Below are positions 44,951-50,258 of a stretch of DNA of 50,258 nt, one piece after another; position 1 is the first letter of the stretch; the number at the start of each line of letters is the position of its first letter. This DNA is from Pseudolabrys sp. (GTDB lineage: Bacteria > Pseudomonadota > Alphaproteobacteria > Rhizobiales > Xanthobacteraceae): contig JAUSBQ010000370.1 of the NCBI GenBank assembly GCA_030651965.1, positions 1 through 50,258 of the forward strand, written 5' to 3'. Position numbers and translations under genes: made by a program. The notes under the pieces were generated by a model. It saw only the letters and a list, made by a program, of their open reading frames with translations. It was not told where the DNA came from and ran no database searches.

Positions 44951-46180
44951 TCACTTGTCGGGCGACAGCGGCAGATCGACGCCACCCTTGATGTGTTTGA
45001 TCGGTCCGGCCGCGCTAGGCATGATGTCGAAGTCGAATATCTCGGTCGGCAGCCACAAAGTGGCGCAGGCATTTGGAATGTCGACGACGCCGGAGATATG
45101 GCCCTGCACCGGCGCGGTGCCGAGGATCGAATAGGCCTGCGCCGGTGAGTAACCGAACTTGGTCATGTACTCGATGGCGTTCAGGCAGGCCTGACGATAG
45201 GCGACGTGGACGTCGAGATAGTGCTGCTTGCCCTGCTCGTCGACCGAGATGCCTTCGAAGATCAGATAGTCCTTGTAGTTCGGCGTGATCGGCGACGGCC
45301 GGAAGATCGGGTTCTTGATGCCGTATTTCGCCATGCCGCCCTTGAGCACCTCGACCTTGAGGTGGACCCAGCCGGCCATTTCGATGGCGCCGCAGAAGGT
45401 GATTTCGCCGTCGCCCTGGCTGAAGTGCAGATCGCCCATCGAGAGCCCGCCGCCCTTCACATAGACCGGGAAGTAAATCTTCGAGCCGCGCGACAAGTCC
45501 TTGATGTCGCAGTTGCCGCCATGCTCGCGCGGCGGCACGGTGCGGGCGCCTTCCGCCGCGATCTTGCTCTTGACGTCGCCCTTGGCGGCGCCGGCGTGGG
45601 CGGTGGACGGATATGGCGCATTGGCCAGTGGCGGCACGCGCTTCGGATCGGTGGCGATGAAATCGACTTCGCGCTTGTTCCAGGTGTCGAGCAGCTTTTG
45701 ATCCGGCAGGCAGCCGATCAGGCCGGGGTGGATCAGCCCCGCGAATTGCACACCCGGGATGTGCCGCGAATGCGTATAGAGGCCGGAGATGTCCCAGATC
45801 GACTTTTGCGCTTGCGGGAAATGCTCGGTGAGAAAGCCGCCGCCGTTCTTCTTGGAAAAGAAACCGTTGAAGCCCCACAAGCTTTCCGGCAGCGTGCCGA
45901 TGTCGAGAAGATCGACGACCAGAAGGTCGCCAGGCTCGGCGCCTTCGACGCCGATCGGGCCGGACAGGAAATGCACGATCGACAGATCGATGTCGCGCAC
46001 GTCGTCGGCGGAATCGTTGTTCTTGATGAAGCCGCCGGTCCAGTCATAGGTCTCGACGACGAAATCGTCACCGGGCTTGACCCAGGCCACCATCGGAATA
46101 TCCGGGTGCCACCGGTTATGAATCATGTCGTTCTTGTAAGGCGTCTCCGACAGGTCGATCTTGATCAACGTCTTAGGCAT
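44951..46180 (-). CDS. fmdA: Formamidase (acetamidase/formamidase family)
   Basis: HNRWHPDIP, EHGGNCDIK, GDLHFSQGDGEI and VDIPNAC. Confidence 0.95.
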   Translation of the reverse strand: MPKTLIKIDLSETPYKNDMIHNRWHPDIPMVAWVKPGDDFVVETYDWTGGFIKNNDSADDVRDIDLSIVHFLSGPIGVEGAEPGDLLVVDLLDIGTLPESLWGFNGFFSKKNGGGFLTEHFPQAQKSIWDISGLYTHSRHIPGVQFAGLIHPGLIGCLPDQKLLDTWNKREVDFIATDPKRVPPLANAPYPSTAHAGAAKGDVKSKIAAEGARTVPPREHGGNCDIKDLSRGSKIYFPVYVKGGGLSMGDLHFSQGDGEITFCGAIEMAGWVHLKVEVLKGGMAKYGIKNPIFRPSPITPNYKDYLIFEGISVDEQGKQHYLDVHVAYRQACLNAIEYMTKFGYSPAQAYSILGTAPVQGHISGVVDIPNACATLWLPTEIFDFDIMPSAAGPIKHIKGGVDLPLSPDK

Positions 46181-46268
46181 CTTGCTTGCTCCTTCCGCAC
46201 ACCCTGTTCGAGGCGCTTCTCACGAATCCTTGCCGGCGCGCCCCTTGAACGCCGGCACACATGAAGAC

Positions 46269-46958
46269 TCAGACGGCGAGGTAGGCCGCGATCGCCGCCT
46301 CATCGACGTTCTTGCGCTGGTCCTGATGCACGATGCGGCCGTTCTCCATGACAAGAATGCGATCGGCGACATCGAGCACGAAGCTCAACACCTGCTCGCA
46401 GACGACAATGGTCAGGTTGCGCAGCTGCCGGATTTCCTTCAGCACGACGGCGATGTCCTTGATGATCGACGGCTGAATGCCTTCGGTCGGCTCATCGAGC
46501 AGCAGAATCTTCGGGTCGCTGGCGAGCGCACGGGCGATCGCCAGTTGCTGTTGCTGTCCGCCGGACAGGTTGCCGCCGCGGCGCTTGTCGAACTCCGCCA
46601 GGATCGGAAACAGACTGTAAATCTCGTCGGGGATGTCGGATTTGCCGGTTACGACCAGTCCGGTCTCGATATTCTCCCGCACCGTCATGGTGCCGAATAT
46701 CTGACGGCCCTGCGGCACGTAAGCGAGGCCGCGCTTGACCCGCGCGTGGCTCGGCATGCCGGCAACGTCGATGCCTTCGACGGATATCTCACCTGCCCGT
46801 GACGGCAGGACGCCGATCAGAGATTTCATCAACGTCGACTTGCCCATGCCGTTACGGCCGACCACGGCGACGATTTCGCCCTGCGCCACCGACATATCGA
46901 TCCCGTGCAGGACCTGGCTCTGACCGTAGGCGACGTTGAGACCGCGGACGTTGAACAT
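46269..46958 (-). CDS. urtE: Urea/short-chain amide ABC transporter ATP-binding protein
   Basis: GRNGMGKST, VPQGR and LDEPTEGIQPSII. Confidence 0.93.
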   Translation of the reverse strand: MFNVRGLNVAYGQSQVLHGIDMSVAQGEIVAVVGRNGMGKSTLMKSLIGVLPSRAGEISVEGIDVAGMPSHARVKRGLAYVPQGRQIFGTMTVRENIETGLVVTGKSDIPDEIYSLFPILAEFDKRRGGNLSGGQQQQLAIARALASDPKILLLDEPTEGIQPSIIKDIAVVLKEIRQLRNLTIVVCEQVLSFVLDVADRILVMENGRIVHQDQRKNVDEAAIAAYLAV

Positions 46959-46980
46959 CGTACTCTCCTTCTAACGCGCA

Positions 46981-47727
46981 TCAGTGACCGAGATAGACTT
47001 CCTTGACGCGCGAATCGGCGTGGATCTTTTCCATGTCGCCTTCGGCAAGCACCTTGCCCTGGTGCAGCACCGTGACGCGGTGCGCGATGCTCTCGACGAA
47101 TTTCATGTCGTGCTCGATCACCACCACCGAGCGATTCTTGATGATGGTGTTGAGCAGCGCCGCGGTCTTGGCGCGCTCCGAGACGCTCATGCCCGCGACG
47201 GGCTCGTCGAGCATCAGCAATTCCGGGTCCTGGATCAGCAGCATGCCGATCTCGAGCCATTGTTTTTGACCGTGGCTCAACGTTTCGGCGGACCGGTCGA
47301 GATGGTCCGCGAGATAGATCATCTCGGCGATCTCGCGGACACGCTCGACGATCTCATTGGCTCGGTTCCAGAACAGCGCGCCGAACACTTCACGCCCGCG
47401 CGGGAATGAAAGCTCCAGATTTTCGAACACCGTCAGATCCTCGTAGATCGACGGCGTCTGGAACTTGCGGCCGATGCCGCGGCGAACGATCTGCTGCTCC
47501 TTGAGCGTCGAGATTTCCTCGTTCTTGAATTTGATCGAGCCGGACGAGAGCTTGGTTCGGCCGCAGATCAAATCAAGTACAGTGGTCTTGCCGGCGCCGT
47601 TCGGGCCGATGATCACCCTCAACTCGCCTTTGTCGATGTAGAGGTTGAGGTCGTTGACTGCTTTGAAGCCGTCGAATGACACGGTGACGCTTTCGAGCGC
47701 CAAGAGGAAATCGGTTTCGTTTGCCAT
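46981..47727 (-). CDS. urtD: Urea/short-chain amide ABC transporter ATP-binding protein
   Basis: SFDGFKAV, GIGRKFQ and LSHGQKQWLEIGM. Confidence 0.94.
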   Translation of the reverse strand: MANETDFLLALESVTVSFDGFKAVNDLNLYIDKGELRVIIGPNGAGKTTVLDLICGRTKLSSGSIKFKNEEISTLKEQQIVRRGIGRKFQTPSIYEDLTVFENLELSFPRGREVFGALFWNRANEIVERVREIAEMIYLADHLDRSAETLSHGQKQWLEIGMLLIQDPELLMLDEPVAGMSVSERAKTAALLNTIIKNRSVVVIEHDMKFVESIAHRVTVLHQGKVLAEGDMEKIHADSRVKEVYLGH

Positions 47728-47737
47728 GGTCGTTTCC

Positions 47738-48865
47738 TTACTCGGCCGGCGACGGACTGACGCTTGGGGACCCGCCGGATTTTCGGATCCTCAGCCGCGT
47801 CACCCACGGCATCACCTGATCTGTGAGCAGGCCGGCAAGCCCACGCGGGAAGGCGAGCACCACGGCGATGAACAGGCCGCCCATGGCGAACAGCCACAGT
47901 TCCGGAAAGCTTTCCGAGAACAAGGTCTTGCCGTAGTTGATCAGCAGCGCGCCGGCGACGGCGCCGACCAGCGAGTGACGGCCGCCGACCGCGCAGAAGA
48001 TCACCATCTCGATCGACGGCACGATGCCGACGAAGGACGGCGACATGAAGCCGACCTGCAGGGTGAACATGGCGCCACCAATGGCCGCGAAGATGGACGC
48101 CAGGCAGAAAATGAACACCTTGAAATTGGCGACGTCGTAGCCGGAGAAGCGGACGCGATCTTCCTTGTCGCGAATGGCGACCAGAATTCGCCCCAGCTTG
48201 CTGGTGAGCACGAAGCGACCGAGCAGGATGCAGCCGAGCAGCAAGGCGCAGCAGACGAAATACAGTATGATCTTGGAACTGTCGGGGCGAATGTCCCAGC
48301 CGTTCAGCGTGCGCAGATCGGTGATGCCGTTGACGCCTCCGGTATAGCCCTGCTGGCCGATGATCAGGATGGTCATCACCGCCGACAACGCCTGCGTGAT
48401 GATCGCGAAATAGACCCCGCCGACCCGGCGCTTGAACATGGCGTAACTCAGCACGAAAGCCATGAAGCACGGCACCAGGATGACCGCGACAAGCGTGAAG
48501 GTCAGGGACTGAAACGGGATCCAGTAGGTCGGCAGCGCGGTGATCTGATTCCAGTCCATGAAATCCGGAATGCCGGGCGTCGACTGGATCTTGGTGTTGG
48601 CGACGCTGGAGGCCTCCAGCTTGAGGAACATCGCCATGCAGTAGCCGCCGAGACCGAAGAACACCCCCTGCCCCAGACTGAGAATGCCGGTGTAGCCCCA
48701 GCACAGCACCAGACCGAGCGCGACGAAAGAGTAGGTCAGATATTTGCCGACCAGGTTGAGACGGAAGGCATCGAGGGTCAGCGGCAACACCACCAGGATC
48801 AGCGCCGCGAGCAGCACGAAGGCGATCATGTCGTAGGAGCGTTTGCCGAAAATTGAGTTCGACAT
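47738..48865 (-). CDS. urtC: Urea/short-chain amide ABC transporter permease
   Basis: WGYTGILSLGQGVFFGLG, IPDFMDW and GVYFAIITQA. Confidence 0.94.
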   Translation of the reverse strand: MSNSIFGKRSYDMIAFVLLAALILVVLPLTLDAFRLNLVGKYLTYSFVALGLVLCWGYTGILSLGQGVFFGLGGYCMAMFLKLEASSVANTKIQSTPGIPDFMDWNQITALPTYWIPFQSLTFTLVAVILVPCFMAFVLSYAMFKRRVGGVYFAIITQALSAVMTILIIGQQGYTGGVNGITDLRTLNGWDIRPDSSKIILYFVCCALLLGCILLGRFVLTSKLGRILVAIRDKEDRVRFSGYDVANFKVFIFCLASIFAAIGGAMFTLQVGFMSPSFVGIVPSIEMVIFCAVGGRHSLVGAVAGALLINYGKTLFSESFPELWLFAMGGLFIAVVLAFPRGLAGLLTDQVMPWVTRLRIRKSGGSPSVSPSPAE

Positions 48866-48871
48866 GGGCGG

Positions 48872-49795
48872 TTACTTCCTGACCTTGAGGACGAAGAGGC
48901 CCTGCGGACGCAACATCAAAAGACCGATGACGATGAGCAGCGTCGTGACCTTGGCGTTCGAACCGGACGTGAAGAATTCAAGCGTCGATTGCGACTGCGA
49001 AATGGTGAACGCCGATGCAATTGTGCCGAGCAGGCTTTGCGCGCCGCCGAACACCACCACCAAAAAGGTGTCGACGATGTAGAGCTGGCCGGCGCTCGGG
49101 CTGGTCGAGCCGATCATGGTGAAGGCCGAACCGGCGACGCCGGCAATGCCGCAACCGAGACCGAAGGTGAGCCGGTCGATCCGGCGCGTATCGATACCGA
49201 CCGCGCCGCTCATGGTGCGGTTGGTCACCACAGCGCGAACCTGAAGACCCCAGCGCGACCGGAACATGAGCAACGCGACCACGCCGGTGATGATGAGCGT
49301 CAGCCCCATCACGAACAGGCCGTTGATCTGCACGTCGATCGAGCCGAAAGTCAGTGAGCCCATCATCCAGGACGGCAGCTCGACGCCGACTTCGCGGGCG
49401 CCGAAAATGCTGCGGAACGCCTGCTGCATGATCAGGCTCAGCCCCCAGGTGGCGAGCAGCGTATCGAGCGGGCGCGCGTAAAGATGGCGGATCAGCAGCC
49501 ATTCGGTGGCCAGGCCGAGCGCGCCGGCGACCACAAAGGCGATCGCCATGGCGACAAAGAAATACAGGCCGAACAGACCCGGCAGATAGGTCTGGAACAG
49601 GTTCGAGCAGAGGAAGGTCATGTAGGCGCCGAGGATCATGAACTCGCCGTGCGCCATGTTGATCACGCCCATCTGGCCGAAGATGATGGCGAGCCCCAAG
49701 GCCATCAGCACGAACACCGAAAACAGGATCAGGCCGGCGAAGCCCTGCATCACCAGAATCGATCCGAGATCGCCGAACGAATAGCCGAACAGCAT
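48872..49795 (-). CDS. urtB: Urea/short-chain amide ABC transporter permease
   Basis: GVINMAHGEF and RPLDTLLATWG; ATG at 49795 after a GAGGAG RBS. Confidence 0.93.
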   Translation of the reverse strand: MLFGYSFGDLGSILVMQGFAGLILFSVFVLMALGLAIIFGQMGVINMAHGEFMILGAYMTFLCSNLFQTYLPGLFGLYFFVAMAIAFVVAGALGLATEWLLIRHLYARPLDTLLATWGLSLIMQQAFRSIFGAREVGVELPSWMMGSLTFGSIDVQINGLFVMGLTLIITGVVALLMFRSRWGLQVRAVVTNRTMSGAVGIDTRRIDRLTFGLGCGIAGVAGSAFTMIGSTSPSAGQLYIVDTFLVVVFGGAQSLLGTIASAFTISQSQSTLEFFTSGSNAKVTTLLIVIGLLMLRPQGLFVLKVRK

Positions 49796-49848
49796 CGCAA
49801 CACTCCTCGAAGCCCGCCGCCGGCGGCGAAATCGATTGTATGAGAGGG

Positions 49849-49874
49849 TCGCCCCGGCACTTATGCCGGGGCGA
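49849..49874 (-). terminator. 11-bp stem-loop between urtA and urtB
   Basis: TCGCCCCGGCA / TGCCGGGGCGA with a 4-nt loop. Confidence 0.6.
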
Positions 49875-49895
49875 GATTGCTTTGGGGTGTGGGAG

Positions 49896-50258
49896 CTACT
49901 GGTAGCCTTTGGGGAACGGATCCGGCTCGACCAGGTTCGCGGTTTCGTAAACCAGTTCGTATTGACCATCGAGTTTGGCGCGGCCGACGCGAGTCTTGCT
50001 CCACAAATGGTGGTTCTTGTGGATCTTGACGTAGCCCTCCGGCGCGCCCGTGAACTCGACATCGGGCGATGCCGCCGCGATCTTGTCGATGTCGAAGGAT
50101 CCCGCCTTCTCCACGGTGAGCTTCCACAGCCACGGTCCGAGATAAGCCGCCTGGGTCACGTCGCCGACCACGGTCTTCTCGCCCCACATCTTCTTGAAGG
50201 CTGAGACGAAGGCCTTGTTGTTCGGATTGTCGAGCGACTGGAAGTACTTCATGCAGGC
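49896..50258 (-). CDS. urtA: Urea/short-chain amide ABC substrate-binding protein, 5'-partial (runs off the window)
   Basis: YFQSLDNPNNKAFV, APEGYVKI and NHHLWSK; upstream of urtBCDE. Confidence 0.9.
   Translation of the reverse strand, partial: ACMKYFQSLDNPNNKAFVSAFKKMWGEKTVVGDVTQAAYLGPWLWKLTVEKAGSFDIDKIAAASPDVEFTGAPEGYVKIHKNHHLWSKTRVGRAKLDGQYELVYETANLVEPDPFPKGYQ

Noticed and set aside
1-50258. CRISPR arrays, tRNA/rRNA, IS elements, prophage or defence systems
   Set aside because: No regularly spaced repeats, RNA-gene signatures or transposase/integrase/nuclease motifs seen by eye; intergenic gaps are short. A tRNAscan/Rfam search would be needed to exclude small RNAs

Overview
High-GC bacterial DNA, most consistent with an alphaproteobacterium of the Hyphomicrobiales/Rhizobiales type (inferred from gene repertoire and codon style). 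The window is a densely packed run of catabolic and transport operons; I saw no rRNA, tRNA, CRISPR array or mobile element. (1) 1-8634 (+): molybdenum-hydroxylase operon with a 2Fe-2S subunit, a Mo subunit split into two genes in the NdhL/NdhM manner, and CoxD/CoxE-like chaperones. It continues into three hydrolases of three different lactonase folds, the last fused to an isochorismatase-like domain in which Ser replaces the catalytic Cys. (2) 8700-15316: TRAP transporter, GntR and beta-hydroxyacid dehydrogenase, divergent from an atypical PdxA-family enzyme and an amidohydrolase. (3) 15336-25568: two head-to-head paralogous MBL hydrolases with a pseudogene scar between them, a NitT/TauT ABC transporter, and a convergent CMD/dehydrogenase/truncated crotonase/MmgE-PrpD/LysR operon with a GntR. 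(4) 25598-44391: a CoA-dependent catabolic regulon combining an ACAD10/11- (LvaA/LvaC-) type kinase plus acyl-CoA dehydrogenase, an Ltp2/DUF35-type retro-aldolase, a PaaK-like ligase, SDRs, beta-oxidation enzymes and a LIV-type ABC transporter. Its two promoter regions share a 25-bp element next to a FadR-type regulator. (5) 44527-50258 (-): urtABCDE-fmdA-fmdB urea/formamide uptake and hydrolysis. All functional calls come from motifs read by eye; the substrates of blocks 1-4 are unknown.
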